Below are positions 13,640 to 26,900 of a DNA stretch of 64,000 nucleotides, one piece after another. This DNA is from the human T2T-CHM13v2.0 reference genome, Homo sapiens, in NCBI RefSeq assembly GCF_009914755.1, contig NC_060947.1, one strand, 5' to 3'. Under the pieces are notes generated by a model. That model saw nothing but the letters and a program-made list of their open reading frames with translations, did not search any database and had not been told where the DNA came from. A program made the position numbers and the translations under genes. Each line of letters starts with the position of its first letter. The first letter of the stretch is position 1.

Positions 13640-15528
13640 AAATGAGAAAAAAATAAAGCTTTTATGATGATAGAGAAATCTTGATCTATGATCTTGGGAA
13701 AGCGGTCCACCACTAAGATGCCATCTCCTTCTGGGGAGAGATTTCCCTGGTCATCTTTACCTTAAAGTATCTAACAGGTGTACAGATTCAGGAGTCTGAA
13801 GGGGCCCTGCTGAGTTGTGAAATGTGGATCCCAGGTTCAAGGAGCTAAGAAATGCTGTGTTTGGTTGGAATTTAATAGATTTTTCACAACATTTGGAGCT
13901 TGCAAATTAAGTTCATTTTCTAAGATCTGATCTGATGAAGGTTCTACCAGCTTGGCTGCTGCTGCTACTGCTTTTAAACAATTTATATGCCTTAGCTACT
14001 GAGCCTAATTTCATGGTGTAGTATGCACTGGGCCTATGATTACTACCATGATCTTGGGTAAGGACTCCTTATGCCTAATTGTTACATTCATGAACCAACA
14101 AAGTAAAAGGTTTTGTGTAATTTGGAAGTCGTAAAGCTGGGGGCTGTTGTAACGTCAATTTTATTTGGATAAAAGCCTGATCATGACTATCTTCCCTAGG
14201 TAAAGTCTCTGGTACAACATTTTTAGTGAGCTCATACAATGATGAAGCCATTAAGCAAAAAATTTGGAACCAAGGATTTGCAATATCCTGCAAGACCAAA
14301 GAAGCCTCTTAAATGTCTTCTGGTTGCAGGCCAAGGAAAACTTTGAACAGCTTTTATTCTCTTATTTGAGAGGGAAACTCCTTCAGTAGTCAAGTCACGT
14401 TTTGAATACTGGACTTTTTCTCTTGAAAACTGAAGTTTTTCCAGTGAAGCCTTGTGACTTTTATATGCAAGTTGCTGTGAAAAGTAAACTGAGTCAATTT
14501 CGGAGTGCTCTTTAGTGGGAGAACATAACAATAGCTCATCTACATACTAAACGATAGTAGAATTTTGAGAAAACTGTAGTGTGATTAAGTCCTGATTCAA
14601 TGCCTGGGAAAAATATAAAATGGCTTCAGTAAACCCCTGTGCCATCACAGTCCAGGTATGCCACTGATATTTCCAAGTAAAGGTAAACAACTATTTATTC
14701 TCTTTATAAACTGGAATGCTAAAGGAGACTAAGTAGAGATATATTACAGTACAAGTATGCTTGAAATTAGTGAGTACATTAAACAATAAAGTATTAGAAT
14801 TTGGGACTACAGGAAACCTTGGTATTATAATTATATTAATTTTACATAAATCTTGAACAAGTATCTAACCTTGTCTATTTGGTTTTTTAACTGATAGGTT
14901 TTTAACTGGTAGGGAGTGCTATAAGGCTATTGTAGAAAAATTATGAGTCCCTGTTTAATTAAATTATTTTACAATTGGTGAGAGCCTTTGAATTCATTTG
15001 GGTGTTAGTGAGTATTGGGGTAATTTATGCAAAGGTTTAGAATAATCTATTTGGACTCTCACAAGTTCCACACTTTTAATTTTTCCTATATCAGTTGAGG
15101 AAGAGGCTCATAAACTTTTAGGTATTTTTGAAAGATTAGGGGTATTACAGGCCTGAGTTTCAATCTTATCAATTTCTGCCTGTAAATAGCATAAAAATTT
15201 TGGTTCAAGAGTATCAGGAAACCCTAAGATTATTTCTCCCTTTGAGGAAAATTGTACGTGCCCTTTTAGCTTTGAAAGTAAACCTCACCCTAGAAAATTT
15301 ATTGGAGCAGCATTACATAGAAAAAAAAAAGGATATTTTTCTGAAAAGATCCCCAAAGTTAATTGGATGGTTTCAGTTATGGGAACCTTTTGAACTTGAT
15401 TTGAAATCCCCACCACAGAAATGACCTTTTTACTCTGAGGGATTTGCTGGCTCATTAAAGTGGAGCTTATGGTAAATAGGGTAGAGCTGGTATCCACCAG
15501 GACTGTACATGACTCCACATTTAACCTC
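13640..15528 (-). pseudogene. pol: ERV1 pro-pol remnant: protease, RT, connection and integrase C-terminus; RNase H/IN core appear deleted
   Basis: VLVDTSST and APINFLG (15285-15539); YVDELL at ~14530-14547; LRGFFGLAGYC; PPALRLPNYTKPFTL; WIH motif near 13825. Confidence 0.85.
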
Positions 15529-16712
15529 CTGTATAACAATCAACTCAAGATGGAACGAACTCAGATCTAAGACCTGAAACCATAAAAATTCTTGAAGATA
15601 GCATTAAGAAAAACTCTTCTAGACATTGGCTTAGGCAAAGAATGTATTACTTAGGACCCAAAAGCAAATACAACAAAAATAAAAATAAATAAATGGGGCC
15701 TAATTGAACTAAAAAGCTTCTGCACAGCAAAAGAAATATTTAGGAGAGTAAATAGAAAACCCACAGAGCAGAAGAAAACAGTCACAAACTATCCATCTGA
15801 CAAAGCACTAATATCCAGAATCTACAAAGAACACAAACAAATCAGAAAAAAAAAAAACGTATAAAAAATTAGGCAATGGACGTGAAAAGACAGTTCACAA
15901 AAGAAGATATACAAACAGCCCAAAAACATATTTAAAAAATACTCAACATCACTAATTATCAGGGAAATGCAAATTAAAACCACAATGAGATACCACCTTA
16001 CTCCTGCAAGAATGGCCATAATTAAAATGTCAAAAAACAATAGATGTTGGCATGGATGTGGTGAAAAGAGAACACTTTTTTACACTGCTGGTTGAAATGC
16101 AAACTAGTACAACCACTATGGAAAACAGTATGGAGAGTCCGTAAACAACTAAAAGTAGAACTACCATTCAATCCAGCAATTTATGTACTGGGTAACTATC
16201 CAAAGGAAAATAATTTATTATATGAATAAGACATAAGCACATGCATGTTTATAGCAGCACAATGTGCAATGACAGAGATATGGAACCAACCTAAGTGCCC
16301 ATTAACCATCAAGTGGATAAAGAAAATGTATATATACACCATGGAATACTACTCAGGCATAAAAAAGAAAAAAATAATGGCATTTGCAGCAATCCGGATG
16401 GAGTTGGAGATAATTATTCTAAGTGAAGTAATGCAGGAATGGAAAATCGAATATCATATGTTCTCACTGATAAGTGAGAGCTAAGCTATGAAGATGCAAA
16501 AGCATAAGAATAATATAATGGATTTTGGGGACTCAGGGGAATGTGTAAGAGAGGAGTGAGGAATACAAAGCTACACACTGGAGACAGTGGACACTGCTTG
16601 GGTGATGGGTGCACCAAAATCTCAGAAATAACCACTAAAGAACATATCTGTGTAACCAAAATCCACCTATTCCCCAAAAACTATTGAAGTAAAAATTTAA
16701 ACAAAAAGAAAA
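15529..16712 (+). mobile_element. L1PB-like ORF2 3' end and 3'UTR
   Basis: ORF 16245-16484 (WNQPKCP); tail ccccaaaaactattgaagtaaaaa. Confidence 0.88.
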
Positions 16713-17357
16713 AAAATCTGTGGAAAACTCTTCTGGAGTTTTCATTGGCCTACACAAGGAAATCATGATTAAGACCTCAGAAGCACAAGCACCAAAACCA
16801 AAACACAGATAAATGAGATGTAATTAAAATAAAATGCTTCAGCATAGGAAAGGAAATAATCAGTAGAGTGAACAGACAACCTGCATAATGAGAGAAAATA
16901 TTTGTAAACTATGCATTCAACAGGAGACTAATATCCAGAATTTATAAGGAATTCAAACAACAACCATAGCAACAACAAAACAATTAACTCCAAATAAATG
17001 GTTGAAAGACATGAACAGATATCTTTAAAAAGACATAAAAATAGCCAAAAAGCAGCTGAAAAACTGCTCAATATCACTACATCAGAGAAATGCAAATCAA
17101 AACCACAATAAGACATTGTCTTAAACCTGTCAAAATTATATTATTAAATAGTCAAAAGGTAGCAGATGTTGGAAAGGATGTGAAGAAAAGGGAATGCGTA
17201 TATACTGTTGGTGGGAATATAAACTACTACAACTTCTATGGAAAACAGTATGGCGATTTCTCAAAGAACTAAAAATATAACTATCATTCAATTTAGCAAT
17301 CCCACTATGGGGTATCCACCCCTCAAAAAATGAAATGTTATATCAAAAAGATACCTT

Positions 17358-18056
17358 GGCTAGAAACAGTGACTTGTGCCTCTAATTCCAGAAATTTGGG
17401 AGAGGCTTGGTGATGGAATATTGTCTGAGCCAGGATTTTGAAACCAGCCTTGGCAACTTACACAGTTTGGACATTTGTCTCCTCCCAATCCCATGTTGAA
17501 ATGTAATTCCCAGTGTTGAAGTTGGGGCCTGGTGGGAGGTGATTGGATTATGGGGATGGATTCCTCAAGAATGTTTTAGCACCATCCCCTTGGTGATAAG
17601 TGAGTTCTCAATCAGTTAGTTTACATAAGATTTGGTTGTTTAAAATGTTTTGAAACCTCCCTCTTCTCTCTCATACTTCCACTCTCGCTATGTGATACAA
17701 CTACTCTCCCTTTACCTTTCACCATGATTGTAAGCTTCCTGAGGCCCTCAACATATGCAACACCAGCATATGTTGGTGCCATGCTTCCTCTGCAGCCTGC
17801 AAAATCATGAACCAATTAAACCTCTTTTTTAATATAAATTACTAGTCTCAAGTATTGCTTTATATCAATGAAAACAAACACAGAAAGATAGCAAGATCTC
17901 ATCTCTACATGCTGGGCATGTTATTTCACTCCTGTAGTCTTAGTTACTTGGGAGTCTGAGGTGGGAAGATTGATTGAGTGCAGTTGTTTGAGGTTAACAA
18001 TGAGCTATAATCACATGACTGTCCTGCAGCCTGTGTGACAGAGAAAGACCCTGTGA
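17358..18056 (+). mobile_element. Highly diverged AluJ split by an MST LTR
   Basis: Left arm 17358-17458 ends ccagccttggcaac; resumes atagcaagatctcatctctac at ~17888; right arm to 18055. Confidence 0.75.
17459..17886 (+). mobile_element. MST (MaLR) solo LTR, MSTB-like
   Basis: cagtttggacatttgtctcctcc ... gaaccaattaaacctctt. Confidence 0.85.
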
Positions 18057-18098
18057 GAGAGAGAGAAAGAGAGAAAGAGAAAGAAGAAAGAAAGAAAG

Positions 18099-18153
<55 letters not shown>

Positions 18154-18160
18154 AAAAGAA
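18055..18160. repeat. (GA)n/(GAAA)n tract derived from the Alu tail
   Basis: Direct inspection. Confidence 0.95.
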
Positions 18161-18291
18161 ATCTGCACTTGTATGTTTATCACAGTACTATTAACAATAG
18201 CACAGATATGGAACCAACCTAAATTTCCATCAATGTTTAATTGGATAAAAAAGTGATCAATCTTTGTATCTAACAATCAATCTATCTAAAT

Positions 18292-18356
18292 ACACACACA
18301 CATGCACACACACACACAGAGACATCTATGTATCTATCTATCCAAACACACGAACG

Positions 18357-18388
<32 letters not shown>
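18292..18388. repeat. Compound (CA)n microsatellite
   Basis: Direct inspection. Confidence 0.9.
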
Positions 18389-18390
<2 letters not shown>

Positions 18391-18608
18391 AATACTATTC
18401 AGCCACAAAAAATAAAATCATTTATTTTGCAGAAACATGAGTGGAACTGGAGGCCATTATCTTAGGTAAAAAACTTAGAACAAAATGTCAAATATATATT
18501 CCTACTTATAAGTAGTAGGTAAATAACACACACATATGGACATAGAATGTGGAATAATAGACATTGGAGACTCAAAAGTGTTCAGGAGTGGAAGAGAGTA
18601 AAGAATGA

Positions 18609-18634
18609 CCTTAAAACTTAAAGTATAATAAAAA
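18609..18634 (+). mobile_element. Ultra-short young L1PA 3'-terminal insertion
   Basis: ccttaaaacttaaagtataataaaaa flanked by TSD aaagaatga (18600-18608 and 18635-18643). Confidence 0.8.
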
Positions 18635-19339
18635 AAAGAATGAGAAATTTCTTAGTGAGTACAATATACATGATTTGAGTGATGATTACACAAAAAGCCC
18701 AGATTGTACCACTATGCAATGAATCCATGTGACAAAACTATACTTGTACTCCTTAAATTTCTACACAAAAAAAAACTTTTTAAAAGCCAATTTGTTTTCA
18801 GTCTTTTATTTTTTATTCAAAAGTAGGTCACCATGTAAATAGTCTTGACCTGTCTCATCCTTGACAATTTAAGTCAAATAAAGTCACCCAAGTACCTTAC
18901 AACATCTGGTACATAAAAAAAGTTACAAATACCAAGTAACTCATGCAATTTATTCAGTCCCATTTCTACCTTAAAAAAGAGCCCTAGCACCCTGATAGTG
19001 ACTCGTGTGAGAAGTCCACACAATTCAGTAGCAGAATCATCTCCCACTTAACTCTCAGCAATGGGGACACTACCGCTAGTTCTCTACTGGAGCAGTAAAA
19101 GTTACCTTGTGCACAAACTTGCTGAAAATGGGAGATCCAACCAACACCCATTCTCTGCCATCATTGCTCTGGAACTCCCAACTGCAGGATATTTTCAGCC
19201 AGACATCCTGAATCCAAAAAGAACTAAATGTAACTAATATCTATATTAAAATTTAAATTCTGATAGATTTAAGAGCAGTGGGTCATTTTATGGACTGGGT
19301 TTTGGTCCAGTATTGCCACAAATTTATTCATGCTGTATT

Positions 19340-19440
19340 CACTCCCACTTAAAATGTAATCTTCTTCATGAAGTAGTACATTTGTCTTTTTCTATTATTT
19401 AATCCATGGCATTTAGAAGAGTGTCTAAAGTACTCAATAG
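19340..19440 (+). mobile_element. L2 3' end fragment
   Basis: aaatgtaatcttc ... agagtgtcta ... tactcaata pattern. Confidence 0.5.
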
Positions 19441-20156
19441 CTTCTATTTAGCGGGAATGGTAAAATGCAATGATCAGCTAAATAGCTCCAGTTGAGCTGG
19501 GCATGACTGTCTACCCCTCTCCAACCTGTATGTTCATAGTTCCTCTATGATCTTCCACCCCATTTCCTGGAAACCTACACTTTACACTTTACCTGGAAGT
19601 ACTACCATCAGCACTGTGTGCAGGCCCAAACAAGCCTCCACTTTATTTTACTTCTTTCTTGTCCCTTTTCGTTATTTAAATTATAAACAAACCAGTATCT
19701 ATTAAATAATTTTTTAAACCAGAAAACAGAGGCCATTACCTCATGCAGTTAGTGTGAATATACAGTGAGCCCTACATCCAGAACATTTGAAACTACCAAA
19801 AGGTGCATATTGCAAGTTCAAAGCCAAAGCTTTCAAGATTCTATAAATATAAACAGGTAATATAAGCTAATTTACTACCCTGCTCATCTTGTGCTCTCCA
19901 TTACCCCTAAACAATCCTGGGGATCTACATTGATACTGCTGCAGATTAAATCCAGTCACTTTTTAAGGCTTTGGGGATCACTACCTCTCCGGTTGATCCC
20001 CAATTAATTCTGTAGATCCCAATATTCTGAAAACAAAACTGGAGACATTTACAAGCTTGTATTCAAATAAGGCAGGGTAGAATAAAGCAGATGCCCTTGC
20101 CAGAACATCTTGCAGATTTTAAGTACAAAAATAACAATGTTATTACATATTATAAT

Positions 20157-20532
20157 TGTACTAGTTCATTCTCACACTGCTATGAAGTAATATCCAAGAC
20201 TGGGTAATTACATAAAGGAAAGAGGTTTAATTGACTCACAGTTCCACATTGCTACGGAGGCTTCAGAAAACTTACAATCATGGCAGAAGGCAAAAGAGAA
20301 GCAGGCACCTCTTCACAGTGTGGCAGGATGGAGTGAATACAAGCAGTAGAAATGCCAGATGCTTACAAAACCATTAGATCATGTGAGACTCACTTATTAT
20401 CACGAGAACAGCACAGGGGAAACTGCCCCCATGATCCAATTACTTCCACCTGGTTCTGCCCTTGATATGTGCAGATTATGGAGATTACAATTTAATGTGA
20501 GATTTTTGGTGGGGACACAGCTAAACCTTATC
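20157..20532 (-). mobile_element. THE1 (MaLR) solo LTR
   Basis: tgtactagttcattctcacactgcta ... gggacacagctaaaccttatca. Confidence 0.92.
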
Positions 20533-20684
20533 AGTTATTATTATTTAAAAATAGTTAAAATTTATTAAACCTTGACTATGCTAGGAACACTTTTGAGCAC
20601 TTAATATAAATTATGTTTTAAATTTTTAATTGTGCCAAAATATCCATACTATAAAATTGATCATTTTAAGCATGTGGATAATTT

Positions 20685-20958
20685 TAAAGATGTAGGTCAA
20701 AAGGTATGAAATTGTAGTTATGTAGGATAAATAAGTCCAGAAATCTAATGTACTGCATAGAAATTATAGTTATATTCTATAATGATTTGCTAAGAGAGTA
20801 GATTTTATGTACTCTTACCCCCCCACACACACACAAAAATAACTTTTTGAGATGATGAATTTGTTAATTGGCTTGATAGTAGTAATCATTTTACTATGTA
20901 TATGTATATCAAAATATCATATTATACACTTTAAATATATACAGTTACAAATAAAAAT
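20685..20958 (+). mobile_element. L1MA 3'UTR fragment
   Basis: ggtcaaaaggtatgaaattgtagttatgtagg ... tacactttaaatatatacag. Confidence 0.75.
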
Positions 20959-23900
20959 GGGGAGCGCACAGCAAAATGGTAGACTAGATGCAGTCAGGAA
21001 AAATATCTACCACCAAGAGATTGTGAAATTGTGAAGACTGCATGGCAAGCAGATCTTGAGAAGAAAGGCATTGAGAGTGGACAGAGGAAGTAAACAGATA
21101 CTGGGCTAAAGATGGAGGAAGCTGGAAACTTTGCCAGGACTACAACACACTGGCCCCCAGTGATTCCTGGGAAAGCAATTAGTGGTACAGGTGTGGAGTG
21201 ATCTACTCTTGGCATGGACTTCTGGTATCCTAGCAACAGAAGTAGCCATAATCTCCACAAACACTTGGGCTGGCAGGGAGGGCTCCTTAGAGATATGGTA
21301 CTGCAGGACTTCAGCCTGTGAAGAGCAGACAGGGTTTGGTGTAGGAACATCTGCAGTGGAGCACAGTCTGGAAAACCCATTCCCCAAAGCTTGCCATGCT
21401 CTCCTAGAAAACTTTAGCCTTAGGGGAACTGTTGGACCTCAACAGAGCAGGGCAGTCTTGCTCATGAAATGGGTCAAGTCAGATATAAGCACCCCTCTAC
21501 CCGAGGACCTCTCCTGTGGCCCCATTGTGGCCATGCCCACTTGAAATGGAGCCCTGGATGCTCAACTGGCATTCTTCCATAGCCTGCATCAGTTTCTTCA
21601 CCAGCAGATTGCACCTGACTATAAGAGAGCATCAGCAAAGTGGCCCTTGTCAACATATACAAGCCTACCAACACATATTTCCCACCACAGCCTGCCCCAC
21701 ACCACTTTGCCCACATGCACTCATCCATAGCCACCTCCTTCACCACTTTCCCCTTTTATGGGCACACAGGGAGACCTTTCCTCTCCTTCCACACTGGCAT
21801 GCATGTGTGCATGCACTGTACTGCACCACTGACGTTGGCATGAGCACAGACCTCCTCAATGCACAAACATTGCCAAACAAATGTTCACAGAGAGGCCAGC
21901 GGCCCTTCTCTCTGCCCACCAAGCCCCTCCCTGCTGCCACCACCAGCACAAATGCACGCACAGAGGCTGACGGCCCTGAGCTCACCAGCTCTCCATCCGC
22001 ATGCCAATGCCACCACTGGTGTAAACACAACATGGAGATTGCCAGCCCTGCCCCACATTCCATGCCACTAAGTTTACTCATATTAATTTGTACATGGAGG
22101 CCAGCAGCCCTGCACCCACTGGCGGCCCACCGCAGCTGGTGGGTGTGCATCCTGCCACACTGCTGCCGTAGCTGGCACATACCAACAAGCATAGATTCCA
22201 TTGCCACTGCCCTGACAAAGAGCACTTTGGCTAGCGCCACCCTTTGGAGTGTTGTGGCTAGCTTTCTGGGAAACCTTGGCTCATCCAGTGCAGCAAGTTG
22301 CTAACCTTGAAGGGCCAGAGAACAAACATGGGAGCCCAACACCAGTGCCACAGAGTTAGAGTTCAAAGCCAGAAGTGCTGACCTGTGCCTTGCCCTCTAA
22401 AATATTTAAGAAATGAAGCCAGTTGGCTGAACTAACCCTGTACTGCAATTAAACTCCCAAGGGAATCAAAGAAGATAAAAGCAAAAGAACCCATCCAAAG
22501 TACAGCATCTTCAAGATTGACTGAACATCAGCTCATACAGGTGAGAAAAAAATAGTGCAAGAACTCTGGCAACAAAAAAAGCCAAAGTGTCTTCTTACCT
22601 CCAAGCAACCACACTAATTCCCCAGCAAAAGTTTTTAACAAGGTTGAGATGGCTGAAAAGACAGAAATAGAATTCAGAATATAGATAGGAACAAAGATCA
22701 TTGAGATTCAGGAAAAGGTCAAAATCTAATCAAAGAATTCTAGGGAATATAATAAAAATATACAGAAGATGAAAGATGAAATGATCATTTTAGAAATAAC
22801 CAAACTGATCTGATAAAGCTAAAGAACTTACTTCAAGAATTTCAGAATACAATCACAGGTATTAACAGCAGAATCCACCAAGCTTAGGAAAAAAAATCAG
22901 AGTTTCGAAGACCAGTTCTCCAAAATAACGCTGTCAGAAAAAAAATAAGAATAAAAAATTAAAGAAGAATGAGCAAAACCTCTGAGAAATATTAAATTAT
23001 GTAGAGATACCAAATCTATATCACATTGGGATTCCTGAAGGAGAGAGAGAGAAAGCAAGCAACTTGGAAAACATTTGAGACTATTATACATGAAAATTTA
23101 TTCAACCTTGCTAAAGAAGCCAACAATTTAAAAATCCAGAAAATGCAGAAAACTCCTCCAAGATACTACATAAGGTGACCATTCCCAAGGAACATAGCTA
23201 TTAGATTCTCCAAAATTGAAATAAAAGAAAAAAATTGTTAAAGGAAGCTATAGAGAAGGGAAAGATCAGCTACAAAGGGACCCCACCAGGCTAACAGGGA
23301 ATCTTTTAACAGAAACCCTCCAAGCCAGAAGAGATTGAGGGATTGTATTCAGTATTCTTAAAAAAAGCAAATTCCAACCAAATAATTAATATCCATCTAA
23401 ACTAAGCTTTCTTACTAAAGAAGAAAAAAAAGATCCTTTTCAGCAAGCAAATGCTAAGAGATTTTGCTACCACCAGACCTGCATTACAAGAGGTCCTGAA
23501 GAAAATGCTAAATCTGGAAAGAAAAGATTATTCCCAGCCATCTCAAAACACAATTAAATACATAGACAATTAACACTACAAAGCAACCATAAAAACAAGT
23601 CTGCATAATGGGCAGCTAACAAGATGAGGACAGGTTGAAATCCCTCTATATCAATATTAACCTTGAGTGTAAATGGGCTAAGCACCTCAATTAAAAGGCA
23701 TGGAGTTGCAAGTTGGATAACGAAGCAAGACCCAGAGGTATGCTGTCTTCAAGAGACCCATCTTACATGCAGTGACACACATAGACTCAAAGTAATGAGA
23801 TGGAGAAAAATCTACCAAGTAAACAGAAAACAAACAAACAAAAAAAGGCAGGGATTGCTCTTCTAATTTTAGACAAAACAAACTTTAAATGATCAATGAT

Positions 23901-26900
23901 GAAAAAAACAAAAAGGGGCATTACATGATTGTAAATGGTTTAATTCAACATAAGATCTAAGTATCCTAAATACATATGCACCCAATATTCATAAGAGCAC
24001 CCAGATTCATAAAGTAAGTTCTTAGAAATCTACAAAAATACTTATATAACCAAATAATAATAGTGAAAGTCTTCAACACACCACAGAGTATTAGTCAGAT
24101 CATCAAGGCAAAAAGCTAACATAAAGAAATTCAGGACCTGAACCAAATTGACCTAATAGACATCCCCACAATTCATTACCCAAAAACAACAGAATGCACA
24201 TTCTTCTCATCTGTACATGGCACATATTCTAGAATCTATCACTCAATCAGCCATAAAACAATCCTGAGAAAATTCAAAGAAACCAAAATCAAACCAACCA
24301 AATTATCAGATCATAGCACAATAAAAATATAAATTAATGCTTACAAGACTGCTTAAAACCACAGAATTACATACAAATTAAGCAACTTGCTCCTGAATTA
24401 TTTTGGGGTAAACAATAAAATTAAAGCAGAAATCAAGAAATTCATTGAAGTTAATTAGAACAGAGATAAAATATATCAGAATCTCTGGGACACAGCTAAA
24501 GCAGTGTTAAAAAGGAAGTTTATAGGACTAAGCACCTAAATCAAAAGTTAGAAAGATCTCAGATTAACAACCTAATATCATACCTGAAATAACTATAGAA
24601 ACAAGAGCCAATCAAACCCGTAGATAGCAGAAGACAAAAAATAACCATAATCAGAATTGAACTGAAGAAAATTGAGACAAATAAAACCATAGAAAATATT
24701 AATGAATCTAGGATTTGGTTATTTGAAAAAATAAATAAGACAGACCACTAACTATACTAATTTAAAAAGAGAGAAGATTCTAATAACACAATCAGAAATT
24801 ACAAAGGAGGCAATACCACCAAAGCCCCAAGAATACAAAAAGACCCTCAGATACTACTATAAACACCTCTAGGTTTATTTGCTAGAAAACCTAGAAGAAA
24901 TTCATAAATTCATGAAAACATGACCTCCTAAGATTCAACCAGGAAGAAATTGAATCCCCAAACAAAGCAATAATGAGTTGCAAAATTAAATTAGTAATAA
25001 AAAGCCCACCAACAGACAAAATCCCAGGACCAGACAAATTTCCAGCCCAATTCTACAACGTGTGTAAAGAAGAGCTGCTACCATTCCCACTGCAACTATT
25101 CCAAAAAATTAGAAAAATATTGTAATAGTTTCAAAAGGAATTGGACACCTACCTAACGCATTCTATGAGGGCAGCATCATCCTAGTACCAAAACCTGGCA
25201 GGGACCCAACAAAAAAAAGACAACCTCATGCCAATATCCTTCATGAAAATAAATGCAAAACACTCAACATATGTAACATGTGCAAATCAATAAACATAAT
25301 CCATCACATAAACAGGAACAATGATATAAACTACATGATTATCTCAATAGATGCAGAAAAGACAGTCAATAAAATTCAACACCCCTTCATTCTAAAAACG
25401 CTCAATAAACTAGGTATTGATGAAACATGTCTCGAAATAGTAAGAGCTATTTATGACAAACCCATAGCCAATATCATACTGAATGGGAAAACTCTGGAAA
25501 CATTCCCTTTGAATACTGGTACAAGACAAGGATGCCCTCTCTCACCACTCCTATTCAACACAATATTGGAAGCTCCGGCAAGAGCAATCAGGCAAGAGAA
25601 AGAAATAAAGGTATTCAAATAGGAAGAGAGGAAGTCAAATTGTCTCTGCTCACAAATGACATAATTGCATATTTAGAAAATCCCATCGTCCCAGCCTAAA
25701 AACATCTTAAGCTGATAAGCAACTTCAAAAAAGTCTCAAGATACAAAATCAATGTGCAAAAATCACAAGCATTCCTATACACCAACAACAGACAAGCAGA
25801 GAAACAAATCATGAGTGAACTCCCATTCATAATTGCTACAAAGAGAATAAGATACCAAGGAATACAGCTTAAAAAGGTCGTGAAGGACCTCTTCAAGGAA
25901 AACTACAAACCACTGCTCAAGGAAATAAGAGAGGACACAAACAAATGGAAAAATATTCCATGTTCATGGATAGGAAGAATCAATATTGTAAAAATGGCAA
26001 TACTGCCCAAAGTAATTTATAGATTCAATGTTATTCCCATCAAGCTACCAGTGACTTTCTTTGCAGAATTAGAAAAATCTACTTTACATTTCATATGGAA
26101 CCAAAAAGAGCCCATATAGCCAAGACAGTCCCAAGCAAAGAGAACAAAGCTAGAGACCTCATGCTACTTGACTTCAAACTATGCTACAAGCCTACAGTAA
26201 CAAAAACAGCATAGTACTGGTACCAAAACAGATATACAGACTAATGGAACAGAACAGAGGTCTCAGAAATAACACCACACATCTACAACCATCTGATCTT
26301 TGACAAATCTGACAAAAACAAGCAATGGGGGAAGTAGCCCCTATTTAATAAATGGTGTTGGGAAAATTGGCTAGCCATATGCAGAAAACCGGAACTGGAC
26401 AACTTCCTTACACTTTATACAAAAATTAACTCAAGATGAATTAAAGACTTAAACGTAAGACCTAAAACCATAAAAACCCTAGAAGAAAAATGAGGCAATA
26501 CCATTCAGGACATAGGCATGAGCAAAGATGTCATGACTAAAACACCAAAAGCAATGACAACAAAAGCCAAAATTGACAAGTGGGATCTAATTAAACTAAA
26601 GAGCTTCTGCACAGCAAAAGAAACTATCATCAAAGTGAACAGGCAACCTACAGAATGGGAGAAAATTTTTGCAATCTACCCATCTGACAAACGGCTAATA
26701 TCCAGAATCTACAAGAACCTTAAACAAATTTACAAGAAAAAACAAACAACTCCATGAAAAAGTGGATGAAGGATATGAACAGACACTTCTCAAAGGAAGG
26801 CATTTATGTGGCCAACAAATGTATGAAAAATAGCTCATCATCACTGGTGATTAGAGAAATGCAAATCAAAACCACTTTGAGATACCATCTCATGCCAGTT

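Larger units (their letters stand above)
16715..18778 (+). mobile_element. L1MA-type ORF2 3' end and 3'UTR, interrupted by Alu, MST and microsatellites
   Basis: MQIKTTIRH (17090); 3' end tacttgtactccttaaatttctac. Confidence 0.8.

Noticed and set aside
17944-18276. Charged and Phe/Ser-rich ORFs
   Set aside because: Translations of the (GAAA)n repeat
20994-22304. Overlapping ORFs up to 262 aa
   Set aside because: GC-rich old L1 5'UTR; open in many frames with no recognisable domain
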